Source: a candidate division WOR-3 bacterium
GTDB lineage: Bacteria > Hydrothermota > Hydrothermia > Hydrothermales > JAJRUZ01
Direction: 5' to 3'
Length of the DNA stretch: 64,000 nucleotides
Assembly (NCBI GenBank): GCA_039803925.1
Contig: JBDRZL010000004.1
Span: 17,168 to 81,167, forward strand
This document shows, in pieces, positions 56,146 to 64,000 of this stretch. The notes under the pieces were generated by a model, which ran no database searches, was not told where the DNA came from, and saw only the letters and a list, made by a program, of their open reading frames with translations. The position numbers and the translations under genes are program-made. Each line of letters starts with the position of its first letter. Position 1 is the first letter of the stretch.

Positions 56146-56745
56146 TCACTGTTCACCTATTCTGAATCTTGCAAATCTTTTAACAACTATATTTTCCCCA
56201 AATTTTGTTATATACTGTTTAATTAAATCTCCCACAGTTATTGATGGATCCCTTATATAACTCTGTTCAAGAAGACATTTTTCCTTATAAAAATTTTCCA
56301 TTTTCCCTTCCACTATTTTTTGAATTATATTTTCAGGTTTTCCACTTTCCCTTGCTTGCTCCTCATATATTTTCTTTTCTCTCTCAATTACTTCAGCAGG
56401 AATATTTTCTCTTTTAACAGCAATAGGATTCATTGCAGCAATCTGCATTGCTATTTCTCTTGCAAGTTTTATAAATTCTTCATTCTTTGCAACAAAATCT
56501 GTCTCACAGTTGAGTTCAACAAGAACCCCAAGTTTTGCACCAGGGTGTATGTAAGCCTCAATAACTCCTTCCTTTGCTTCCCTATCAAGTTTTTTTTCGG
56601 CTTTTGCTATTCCTATTTTTCTTAAAATTTCAACTGCTTTTTCAATATCACCATTTGATTCAAGAAGAGCCTTTTTACAATCCATAACTCCTGCACCGGT
56701 TCTTTCTCTTAATTCTTTAATCAAATCAAGAGATATATCAGCCAT
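56146..56745 (-). CDS. tsf: Translation elongation factor Ts
   Basis: IKELRERTGAGVMDCKKALLESNGDIEKAVEILRKIG and LVELNCETDFVAKNEEF. Confidence 0.95.
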   Translation of the reverse strand: MADISLDLIKELRERTGAGVMDCKKALLESNGDIEKAVEILRKIGIAKAEKKLDREAKEGVIEAYIHPGAKLGVLVELNCETDFVAKNEEFIKLAREIAMQIAAMNPIAVKRENIPAEVIEREKKIYEEQARESGKPENIIQKIVEGKMENFYKEKCLLEQSYIRDPSITVGDLIKQYITKFGENIVVKRFARFRIGEQ

Positions 56746-56746
56746 T

Positions 56747-57484
56747 TTATTCCTCCTCCTTTAATTTTGCTTTTCCTCTTAAATAAGCATCTGTTATAAG
56801 TCTTGTTATATATTCTATTGATTTCATTGCATCATCGTTTCCAGGGATGAGGTAATCTATAACTTCAGGATTTCCGTCTGTATCAATAAGTGCTACAACA
56901 GGAATATTTAATTTTTTTGCTTCTTTTACTGCTAATTCCTCTTTAACAGGGTCTATAATAAATAAAAACTGGGGCAGTTCAAACATATCTTTAACACCAC
57001 CAAGATTTTTCTGTAATTTTTCATATACTTTTAAAATTTTTTGCTTTTCATTTTTAGGATACTTTTCAAGCCTTCCATCTTCTTTCATCTTTTCAATTTC
57101 TCTCATTTTTTCAATTCTTGTTTTAATTGTTTCAAAATTTGTTAAAAGACCACCTGGCCACCTTTCAACAACATAATAAACACCTGCTTTTGATGCGTAT
57201 TCTTTAACTATTTCTTTTCCCTGTTTTTTTGTACAAACAAATAGTGGAATAGCTCCCTCCGAACCCTTTTTTTCAACAAATTCTAAGGCTTCTTTTAATT
57301 TCTGGAGAGTTTTGTGAATATTTATAATGTGTATTCCTTCCTTTTTGCCGTAGATATATTCCCTCATTTTCGGATTCCATCTGTAAACCCTGTGTCCAAA
57401 ATGGACACCGTTCTGTAAAAGTTCTTCTATGTTAATATTAACGTTTGGAGTATTGATGAGCTCTCCTGCGTTTGGTGAGACCAT
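56747..57484 (-). CDS. rpsB: 30S ribosomal protein S2
   Basis: ELLQNGVHFGHRVYRWNPKM, IHIINIHKT, FVCTKKQ, RWPGGLLTN, LIDTDGNPEVIDYLIPGNDDA. The start is uncertain: the only canonical start (57484) overlaps rpsI by 47 nt and adds ~15 aa. Confidence 0.93.
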   Translation of the reverse strand: MVSPNAGELINTPNVNINIEELLQNGVHFGHRVYRWNPKMREYIYGKKEGIHIINIHKTLQKLKEALEFVEKKGSEGAIPLFVCTKKQGKEIVKEYASKAGVYYVVERWPGGLLTNFETIKTRIEKMREIEKMKEDGRLEKYPKNEKQKILKVYEKLQKNLGGVKDMFELPQFLFIIDPVKEELAVKEAKKLNIPVVALIDTDGNPEVIDYLIPGNDDAMKSIEYITRLITDAYLRGKAKLKEEE

Positions 57485-57827
57485 ATTTCATCCTCTCTTT
57501 TATTCTTGAATCCCTTGTTAACATTCCCCTTGATTTTAAAACAGCCTTGAAACCTTCATTATACTTTACTAAAGCCCTGCTTAGAGCAAACCTTATAGCT
57601 CCTGCTTGTCCTGCAAGGCCTCCACCTTCAACCTTTACAGCAATATCAAAATCTTTTTCCTTTTGGACAACTTTTAGTGGTTCGAAAGCCTGTATCACAA
57701 GGTCTTCTCTTTTAAAATATTCAAGGGGTCTTTTCCCATTTACCCATATTTTTCCTGTACCAGGGCGAAGTCTTAACCTCGCCCTTGCTGTTTTCCTTCC
57801 GCCTGAAGTTAAAATTAGCTCACTCAT
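57438..57827 (-). CDS. rpsI: 30S ribosomal protein S9
   Basis: GRKTARARLRL..., GGGLAGQAGAIRFALSRAL, RDSRIKERMKYGLTKRRRAHQYSKR. Confidence 0.95.
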   Translation of the reverse strand: MSELILTSGGRKTARARLRLRPGTGKIWVNGKRPLEYFKREDLVIQAFEPLKVVQKEKDFDIAVKVEGGGLAGQAGAIRFALSRALVKYNEGFKAVLKSRGMLTRDSRIKERMKYGLTKRRRAHQYSKR

Positions 57828-57828
57828 A

Positions 57829-58272
57829 TTATTTTAATTTTTCTAATGCAATTGACTCTGGTTTTTGTGCCTGATGGGGGTGCTCTGGCCCCTTATAAAC
57901 TTTTAACCTTTTGAGCATCTTTCTTCCGAGTCTGTTTTTGGGCAACATTCTCTTTACTGCAAGTTCTATTATTCTCTCTGGATGTTTTTCAAGTAATTCC
58001 TTAAAGGTTCTTTGCTTTAATCCACCTGGATAACCTGAATGATGATAATAAATTTTATCTTTTAATTTTTTACCAGTTACTTTTACCTTTTCTGCATTTA
58101 TGACTACCACGAAATCTCCCAAATCAAGATGAGGTGAATACCCTGGTTTTCTCTTTCCCATCAATAAAAGAGCAATCCTTGTTGCCATTCTTCCAAGAAC
58201 TTGACCTGTGGCATCCACAAGGTGCCATTTCCTATCCACCGTTTTAAAACTCATTGGGGTTATTTTTTCCAT
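57829..58272 (-). CDS. rplM: 50S ribosomal protein L13
   Basis: [51 protein letters not shown] prefer an internal ATG (58272, or 58254) over the track's TTG at 58314. Confidence 0.92.
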   Translation of the reverse strand: MEKITPMSFKTVDRKWHLVDATGQVLGRMATRIALLLMGKRKPGYSPHLDLGDFVVVINAEKVKVTGKKLKDKIYYHHSGYPGGLKQRTFKELLEKHPERIIELAVKRMLPKNRLGRKMLKRLKVYKGPEHPHQAQKPESIALEKLK

Positions 58273-58365
58273 AATATAAGTTTTATTATACAATTCATTT
58301 TGACCCTTTTTCAAATTTTTTTATCTTTTTGCTTTTTCTTCTTTTTTTATTTTATATTTTAAATT

Positions 58366-59259
58366 ATGAAAAAGGGATTTATAATCACTATTATTCCCTC
58401 TGAGAGTAATGGAAAAGTTAGAAGTGTTTTTATTAGTCCCTTTATAATTAAGTTTCTACTATTCACTTTCTTTTCAATTTTTATCCTTAATTCAGTTTTC
58501 CTTTACCATTTCTTTAACTTCGAAATTGATAGAAATAAACTCAATTTTCTCATAAAAGAAAATGAGACTCTTTCTAAAAAAATTGAAATAATGAAAATTA
58601 AAAATGATTCTCTCACAAGTAAAATTGAAAAATTAGTGGATAGAATAAACAAATTAAGAAGTTATGCTGGTCTTGAACCTTTTGAAGAAGATTTATTAAA
58701 AATGGGTATTGGTGGAGAGCTTTTACCTCGTGAAGAAAAGAAGGTTCTTGAAGAGAGAATTGATTTTATGTTAAATCTTGCCTCTGAGTTTGAAAAGAAA
58801 ATTAATGAGGTTGAAAATTATGTTGAGAATAAGAAAAAGGAACTTGAACACACGCCCTCTATTTCTCCTGTAGCTTCAGGATGGATAGTTTCAGGATATG
58901 GATACAGAAGAGACCCCTTCACAGGCAAGGTAAAACTTCATGAAGGTTTGGATATTTCTTCTAATTATCAATCTCCTGTCCAGGCGACTGCTAATGGAAA
59001 AGTTGTTTTTGCTGGATGGAAAGAGGGTTATGGACTCACGGTTGAGATTGACCATGGTAACGGATTTAAGACAAAGTATGCTCACAATTCAAGGATTTTA
59101 GTTCAGGTTGGACAAAGTGTTAAAAGGGGAGAAATAATTGCTTTAATGGGTTCAACAGGAAGAGCAACAGGAGTTCATGTTCATTATGAGGTTCAGCTTT
59201 TTAATAAACCCATAAACCCCTTAAATTATATAATACCAGATCATCTCTATTTTGACTAA
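58366..59259 (+). CDS. M23 family metallo-endopeptidase (murein DD-endopeptidase-like) with N-terminal TM and coiled coil
   Basis: HEGLDIS, GYGLTVEIDHGNGFKTKYAHNS and GSTGRATGVHVHYEV (HxxxD / HxH LytM motifs). Confidence 0.85.
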   Translation: MKKGFIITIIPSESNGKVRSVFISPFIIKFLLFTFFSIFILNSVFLYHFFNFEIDRNKLNFLIKENETLSKKIEIMKIKNDSLTSKIEKLVDRINKLRSYAGLEPFEEDLLKMGIGGELLPREEKKVLEERIDFMLNLASEFEKKINEVENYVENKKKELEHTPSISPVASGWIVSGYGYRRDPFTGKVKLHEGLDISSNYQSPVQATANGKVVFAGWKEGYGLTVEIDHGNGFKTKYAHNSRILVQVGQSVKRGEIIALMGSTGRATGVHVHYEVQLFNKPINPLNYIIPDHLYFD

Positions 59260-62008
59260 AAGATTAATTTTACTTTTATCTCTTTTTGTTTTATTTTCAG
59301 GTATAAATAAAATACAGTATAAGGATTTTGATTTTAAATTTATTGAGACAGAGCATTTTAAAATATATTATTATTCTGGTGGAGAAAAACTTGCAGAATT
59401 TGCTTCTTTTAATTTAGAGGAAGTTTTCCCTGATTTTTCTAATTTTTTTCAGATAAAGATAAATTATAAAATACCTGTTTTAATTTTTAATTCACCGAAT
59501 GATTTCAAGCAAAACAATGTAATTTTTGAAGTTTTGCCTGAAGGTGTTGGAGGGTTTACAGAAATATTTAAAAAGAGGATTGTGGTTCCCTTTAATGGTT
59601 CCTATGAAGAATTCAGGCATGTTCTTGTTCATGAATTAACCCATGTTTTTGAATATGAGCTTTTTTATGGAAAAGTTGGTCAGAATCTTTTTTCAGGAAA
59701 TGTTCCAGAAATTCCTCTTTTTGTTATGGAGGGGCTTGCAGAATATCTTTCAAAAGAAGAAGATGCTGAGACAAGGGGTTTTACAAGGGATCTCTTAATA
59801 AACAGCCTTTTGCCAGATTTATACAGATTTTCTATGAGTGGTGGGTATATTGTTTATAGATTAGGAGAAATGTTTTTTAGATTTATAGAGGAAAAATACG
59901 GAAAAGAAAAAGTTTCAGAGTTTGTAAGAGCTTTTGTTGTAGCAAAAACTCTTGAAAGAAATGTTAAAAAAACTTTTGGGCAGAATCTTTCAAGGTTTTC
60001 AGATTATTTCAGATGGTATTTGAAAGAAAAATTGTATGATGATTTTAAAAAATATGATTTTCCACATGAAATATCTGAACAGATTACGGTTCATTCAGAA
60101 GAGGGAGGTTTTTTAAATATAGGTTGTGCTATATCCCCTGATGGTTCCAAAATTGCTTTTATTTCCGATAAAACTGGATTTACTGACATATATATCACTT
60201 ACATAGGTAAAAGAAAATCTAAAAAAATAATTTCGGGTCAAAAAAATCCCTCTCTTGAGAATTTACATCTTGTAAGACCGGGTCTTTCCTTTTCAAGTGA
60301 TGGAAAATACCTTGTTTTTATTACTTCAGGTGGTAAAAGTGATGTTCTTTTTGTCTATGATACTGAAAGAGAAAAAACTGTGATAAAAAGAGAACTTCGT
60401 GAGCTTGATGCAGGGTATGAGCCTTCCTTTTCTCCTGATGAGTCTAAAATTGTTTTTACAGGATTGAAGGATGGATTTTCTGATCTTTATTTATATAATA
60501 TCCATACAGGGGAAATTATTTCCTTAATGGAAGATAAATTTGATGATAGAAATCCTCTTTTTATAAATGACACTTTGATTATCTTTATATCCGATAGAAA
60601 TTATGAGGATAAATTAGGTAGTTATGCAGTTTTTTCCTACAACCCTTTAAAAGGAAATTTTAAAAGATTGTCGCCTTACCTGGGAAAAATTGACGACCCT
60701 TATCTTCAAGGAGACAGAGTTTATTTTTTATATGATGATCCAGGAGGATTAAGGAACCTATATTTTTATGATATTAAAAAAGATTCTCTCTACAGATTGA
60801 CTAACTTCCCCACCTATATCCATGATGTTTCTTATTCAAAAGACTTAAGTTCTCTTTCTATTTCCCTTTTGTGGAAAGGCGGTTATGATATTTTTGTTAT
60901 AAATGATATATCTTCCTTAAAACCTGAAAAAGTACCTTTGTATGAGGGAAAAGTTATAAAATTTAAAGAAGTTGATTATACTCATAAGAATTATACAGTT
61001 ACTTTAACTCCAGACTGGGTGATTGCTGGATTTGGATATTATCCCCTCTATGGATATTTTGGTGGAGTTACCTTAGGTTTTTCAGATATTCCTGGTAATT
61101 GGGTTATTGAATTTTTTACAGAACTATCACAGGACATTATAAATTCTAACTGGGATTTAAGAGTTTTTTATCTTAAACAGAGAACTGATTATTTCTTTCA
61201 GCTGTACCAATATTTCCCTTATTACATTTTATCTGAAAGATATGATGCCCTTGATAAAGACCTTGGTACAAATCTTTTTATAACCTATCCTTTAGATATT
61301 TTTAATAGGATAGAGACAGGTTTTAATATCGGTTACAGAGAACGTTTCCTTATTGATTACATGCTTGAAAGAATTACTTTTGAAACTTTTATGGTTTATG
61401 ATTATATACTTTTATATATATATGATAGAAGTTTCCGATTTTATAACGGAAGTAAGGATGGTGAATTTTTCGGTATAGGATTCACTAAGGGGCTTTCAAG
61501 TGACTATAATTATTATGAGATTCAAGCTGATTTTAGAAAATATTTTAGACTAACACCAAGGTCAAATTTCGCTTCAAGGTTTCTTTTTGGTCAGATAGAG
61601 GGTAGCGAAAGAGTAATTACATATTTTATTGGTTCACCTTACATGATGAGGGGGTATGAACTTTTTTCAAAATGGGGTAGAGATTTTATTTATGGAACCC
61701 TTGAACTTAGAATTCCATTTCTTGATAGATTAAGGATTGGATTTCTTCCATTTGAAATTGGAGGTATAAGGAGTGTATTATTTACGGAAGCAATATTACT
61801 TGGAAAAAAAGAAGATTTTAAAAATTTTAAACTTATTGAAAAAGTAGACGGAAATTATAAAACAAAGGATTTACTTATGGATGTAGGTATAGGTTTTAGA
61901 TTTGATTTTGGATATTTTTATTTAAAACTTGATTTTGCTAAAAAATGGGATATGCAAAAACTTTACGGTTCCTGGCAATGGTGGTTGACTTTTGGAGATG
62001 ATTTTTAG
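59252..62008 (+). CDS. Multidomain envelope protein: HExxH (MA-clan-like) metallopeptidase domain + TolB/PD40-like beta-propeller repeats + C-terminal Omp85/surface-antigen-like beta-barrel
   Basis: Signal peptide. FRHVLVHELTHVFEYE ... MEGLAEYLS. PD40-like repeats (ISPDGSKIAFISDKTGFTDIYI; FSSDGKYLVFITSGGKSDVLFVYD; FSPDESKIVFTGLKDGFSDLYLYN). An aromatic-rich barrel ends ...WQWWLTFGDDF. TTG start overlaps the M23 gene end. Confidence 0.65.
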   Translation: MTKRLILLLSLFVLFSGINKIQYKDFDFKFIETEHFKIYYYSGGEKLAEFASFNLEEVFPDFSNFFQIKINYKIPVLIFNSPNDFKQNNVIFEVLPEGVGGFTEIFKKRIVVPFNGSYEEFRHVLVHELTHVFEYELFYGKVGQNLFSGNVPEIPLFVMEGLAEYLSKEEDAETRGFTRDLLINSLLPDLYRFSMSGGYIVYRLGEMFFRFIEEKYGKEKVSEFVRAFVVAKTLERNVKKTFGQNLSRFSDYFRWYLKEKLYDDFKKYDFPHEISEQITVHSEEGGFLNIGCAISPDGSKIAFISDKTGFTDIYITYIGKRKSKKIISGQKNPSLENLHLVRPGLSFSSDGKYLVFITSGGKSDVLFVYDTEREKTVIKRELRELDAGYEPSFSPDESKIVFTGLKDGFSDLYLYNIHTGEIISLMEDKFDDRNPLFINDTLIIFISDRNYEDKLGSYAVFSYNPLKGNFKRLSPYLGKIDDPYLQGDRVYFLYDDPGGLRNLYFYDIKKDSLYRLTNFPTYIHDVSYSKDLSSLSISLLWKGGYDIFVINDISSLKPEKVPLYEGKVIKFKEVDYTHKNYTVTLTPDWVIAGFGYYPLYGYFGGVTLGFSDIPGNWVIEFFTELSQDIINSNWDLRVFYLKQRTDYFFQLYQYFPYYILSERYDALDKDLGTNLFITYPLDIFNRIETGFNIGYRERFLIDYMLERITFETFMVYDYILLYIYDRSFRFYNGSKDGEFFGIGFTKGLSSDYNYYEIQADFRKYFRLTPRSNFASRFLFGQIEGSERVITYFIGSPYMMRGYELFSKWGRDFIYGTLELRIPFLDRLRIGFLPFEIGGIRSVLFTEAILLGKKEDFKNFKLIEKVDGNYKTKDLLMDVGIGFRFDFGYFYLKLDFAKKWDMQKLYGSWQWWLTFGDDF

Positions 62009-62333
62009 TTTAATTTCGCAAACCGGTAAAGATACTTTAAACCCGCTTGCTACATTTTTTATTTTTCTTTTTCCCTTAATTTTTATGTTTGTTTTTATGT
62101 ATCTTTTTTTCATAAGACCGCAGCAAAAGGAAGAAAAGGAAAGATTGAAAATGATAAATTCTTTAAAGAAAGGTGATAAAGTGATAACTCTTGGTGGAAT
62201 AATAGGAACTGTGGTTAAGGTAGATGATAGTGAGGTTATGTTAAGGACAGGTCCTGGAACACTTATTAAATTTGAAAAAAATGCAATAAGAAAGAAATTA
62301 GGGGAGGTAAGGGAAGTTGAAAAAAGTTCTTGA
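61992..62333 (+). CDS. yajC: Preprotein translocase subunit YajC
   Basis: A single TM segment followed by FIRPQQKEEKERLKMINSLKKGDKVITLGGIIGTVVKVDD. The exact start is uncertain. Confidence 0.85.
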   Translation: MEMIFSLISQTGKDTLNPLATFFIFLFPLIFMFVFMYLFFIRPQQKEEKERLKMINSLKKGDKVITLGGIIGTVVKVDDSEVMLRTGPGTLIKFEKNAIRKKLGEVREVEKSS

Positions 62334-62844
62334 ACTTAGGTATTATGGAGATCCAATTTTAAGAGAAAAAGCAGAACCTGTTAAAAAGATAAATGAATAC
62401 ATTAAAAAACTTGCACAGGGAATGATTGAGACAATGGAATTTTATGAGGGAGCAGGACTTGCTGCAAATCAAGTGGGTGAAAAGATTTCCCTTTTTGTTG
62501 TTTCAGGAAAGGTTTTGGGTGAAAATGAAAAGCCACTTATTGTAATAAATCCAGTTATTATTGATATATGGGGAAAAAGTGTTATGGAAGAAGGTTGTCT
62601 TTCAATACCAGGGATTTATGCGGAGGTTGAAAGACCTTTAGGTGTTCATTTAAAATATATAGATATAGATGGGAAAGAAAAAGATTTAAAAGCTGAAGAA
62701 CTTTTAGCAAGGGTCATTTTTCACGAGTATGACCACCTTAATGGAGTTTTGTTTTGGGATAGGCTTGATAGGGAAACAAAAAGAATTTTAATTGCTCAAT
62801 TTAGAAAGAACTTTTATACAAGGGAAAAGAAAATTAAAGTATAA
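62317..62844 (+). CDS. def: Peptide deformylase
   Basis: GAGLAANQVG, EGCLSIPG and HEYDHLNG motifs. TTG start. Confidence 0.93.
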   Translation: MKKVLELRYYGDPILREKAEPVKKINEYIKKLAQGMIETMEFYEGAGLAANQVGEKISLFVVSGKVLGENEKPLIVINPVIIDIWGKSVMEEGCLSIPGIYAEVERPLGVHLKYIDIDGKEKDLKAEELLARVIFHEYDHLNGVLFWDRLDRETKRILIAQFRKNFYTREKKIKV

Positions 62845-62846
62845 AT

Positions 62847-62862
62847 GGGTTAGACCCCCTTA
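62847..62862 (+). promoter_or_regulatory. Variant T-arm-like hairpin GGGTTAGACCCCCTTA upstream of fmt
   Basis: TATAAAT-GGGTTAGACCCCCTTAATATTC. It has the same TATA-box / GGG..CCC / CTTAA context as the 10857 and 37005 loci but a divergent loop. This is the weakest member. Confidence 0.35.
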
Positions 62863-62888
62863 ATATTCTAAAAAATCTAATTATTATT

Positions 62889-63815
62889 ATGTTTGAAGGT
62901 AAGTTAATATTTTTTGGAACAGGTGAATTTGCTGCCAAGGTATTTGTTTCAATGCTTAAAAATGGATTAAAGCCTGAGGTTATTGTTACTTCCCCTGATA
63001 AACCTCAGGGGAGGGGTTTAAAGGTTACACCTACACCGGTTAAGGAACTTGCTATCCAGCATGGTATTAAAAAAGAAAGAATTTTTCAACCCTATGATGT
63101 CAATCATCCTGCGCTTTTGAGTGAACTTAAGAAGTTTGAACCTGAAGTTATTTTTTTAACAGATTTCGGTCAGATTCTTGGCAAGGAGCTTCTTTCTTTG
63201 CCCAAAAATGGAGCAATAAATCTTCATCCTTCTCTTTTGCCTAAGTATAGAGGTGCTGCTCCTTTAGAAAGAGCAATGATGGATGGTGAAAAAGAAACAG
63301 GTTTTACATTTTTTATAATGGATGAAGGTATAGATACAGGGAAAATAATTTATCAGGAAAAAATTGAAATATTAGAAAAAACAAGAGGGGAAATAGAGTC
63401 AATAATAGCTGAAAAGGCTATGAGCATTTTCCCTGAAATATACAGTAAGTATAAAAAGGGGGAAATAAAACCAAAACCTCAGAAAGGAGAAAGTTCTTAT
63501 GCTAAAAAAATTGATGAAGATGAACTCTGGATTGACTGGAAAAAAGATGCTTTTCTTGTTATGAGACACATTCATGCTTTATCACCCAATCCTGGTGCAA
63601 GAACGCATTTTGATGGTAAGTATATAAAAATATATAGAGTTAGAGAAGTTCCTGATTATAATGGTCCCATAGGTAAGATAATTGTTGATAGTTCGAGACT
63701 CTTTGTTTTATGTGGGAAAGGTGCTGTGGAAGTACTTGAACTCCAGCCTTCAGGAAAAAAGAAGATGTCAGCAAGTGAGTTTGTGCAAGGGTATCATCCT
63801 TTCTGGGCAGAATGA
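62889..63815 (+). CDS. fmt: Methionyl-tRNA formyltransferase
   Basis: IFFGTGEFA, NLHPSLLPKYRGAAPLERAMMDG, and a C-terminal domain with LQPSGKKKMSASEF. Confidence 0.93.
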   Translation: MFEGKLIFFGTGEFAAKVFVSMLKNGLKPEVIVTSPDKPQGRGLKVTPTPVKELAIQHGIKKERIFQPYDVNHPALLSELKKFEPEVIFLTDFGQILGKELLSLPKNGAINLHPSLLPKYRGAAPLERAMMDGEKETGFTFFIMDEGIDTGKIIYQEKIEILEKTRGEIESIIAEKAMSIFPEIYSKYKKGEIKPKPQKGESSYAKKIDEDELWIDWKKDAFLVMRHIHALSPNPGARTHFDGKYIKIYRVREVPDYNGPIGKIIVDSSRLFVLCGKGAVEVLELQPSGKKKMSASEFVQGYHPFWAE

Positions 63816-64000
63816 AAATTTTTGAGGAATTTTTTAAATTTTTTATTTTTTTAGGATTTTTCTTTATAGGAATAGGTTTTATTTTTTACTTACTTTCAAA
63901 GATTGAGACAATAAAAAGTATTCCAAGACTTCCCCTTGATATAATAATTGAAAAGGAAAATTTTAAATTTTATTTCCCCCTCGGCAGTTCTATCCTCCTT
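63812..64000 (+). CDS. Small membrane protein, DUF2905-like, partial (runs off window)
   Basis: The ATG overlaps the fmt stop (ATGA). The translation MKIFEEFFKFFIFLGFFFIGIGFIFYLLSKIETIKSIPRLPLDIIIEKENFKFYFPLGSSILL resembles the DUF2905 pattern (LPGDI.I...F.FYFPI). It is not in the ORF track because there is no stop in the window. Confidence 0.5.
   Translation, partial: MKIFEEFFKFFIFLGFFFIGIGFIFYLLSKIETIKSIPRLPLDIIIEKENFKFYFPLGSSILL

Noticed and set aside
57438-57484. 47-nt overlap between rpsI and rpsB as a possible frameshift or coupling signal.
   Set aside because: Most likely it is just start-codon uncertainty for rpsB. The conserved S2 N-terminus begins around ...NINIEELLQNGVHFGH, but no canonical start codon lies after the rpsI stop. 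I cannot decide between a long N-terminal extension and a non-canonical start from sequence alone.
1-64000. Mobile elements, prophage, CRISPR-Cas, toxin-antitoxin or classical defence islands.
   Set aside because: No transposase, integrase, recombinase, phage structural gene, Cas gene or repeat array was seen in any frame. The tRNA-Arg has no flanking direct repeats that I could find.

Overview
Strongly AT-rich, tightly packed chromosomal segment with about 55 CDS and one tRNA. I found no rRNA, CRISPR array, transposase or integrase. The host looks like a diderm bacterium with a type IX secretion system (BamA, a Skp-like chaperone, four proteins with T9SS-type C-terminal sorting domains). Its proteins are K/E/I-rich in a thermophile-like way. 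An FCB-superphylum-like candidate lineage is my guess, not a demonstrated placement. Most of the window is housekeeping: acnA (partial), clpC, bamA, hisS, hbd, nfi, ndk, fadD, sufS, methylmalonyl-CoA epimerase, rpe, ddl, gltA, dapF, hslV, uppP, folC, pyrH, tsf, rpsB, rpsI, rplM, yajC, def, fmt and tRNA-Arg(CCG). The parts that deserve a second look are:
1. A single ORF fusing an intact Hanks-type Ser/Thr kinase to an intact UvrD-like SF1 helicase (48625-51198).
2. A recurring tRNA-T-arm-like GGTTCRAANCC mini-hairpin next to promoter-like boxes in at least five 5' regions, plus one terminator.
3. A secreted arsenal of two S8 subtilases and two large cargo proteins, three of which share an unassigned ~200-aa alpha/beta module.
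4. A DUF3782/PD-(D/E)xK-like gene split by one in-frame TGA.
5. hslV with no adjacent hslU, translationally coupled to a CheW-like protein.
6. Several unusual domain architectures: a Skp fusion, an HExxH-PD40-barrel protein, a degenerate GDH-like protein, and a 995-aa unassigned outer-membrane protein in an ndk/NFACT operon.
7. Signs of leaderless mRNAs and a probable non-canonical (AUU) start for nfi.
All functional calls come from motifs I recognised by eye in the supplied translations. No database search was run.
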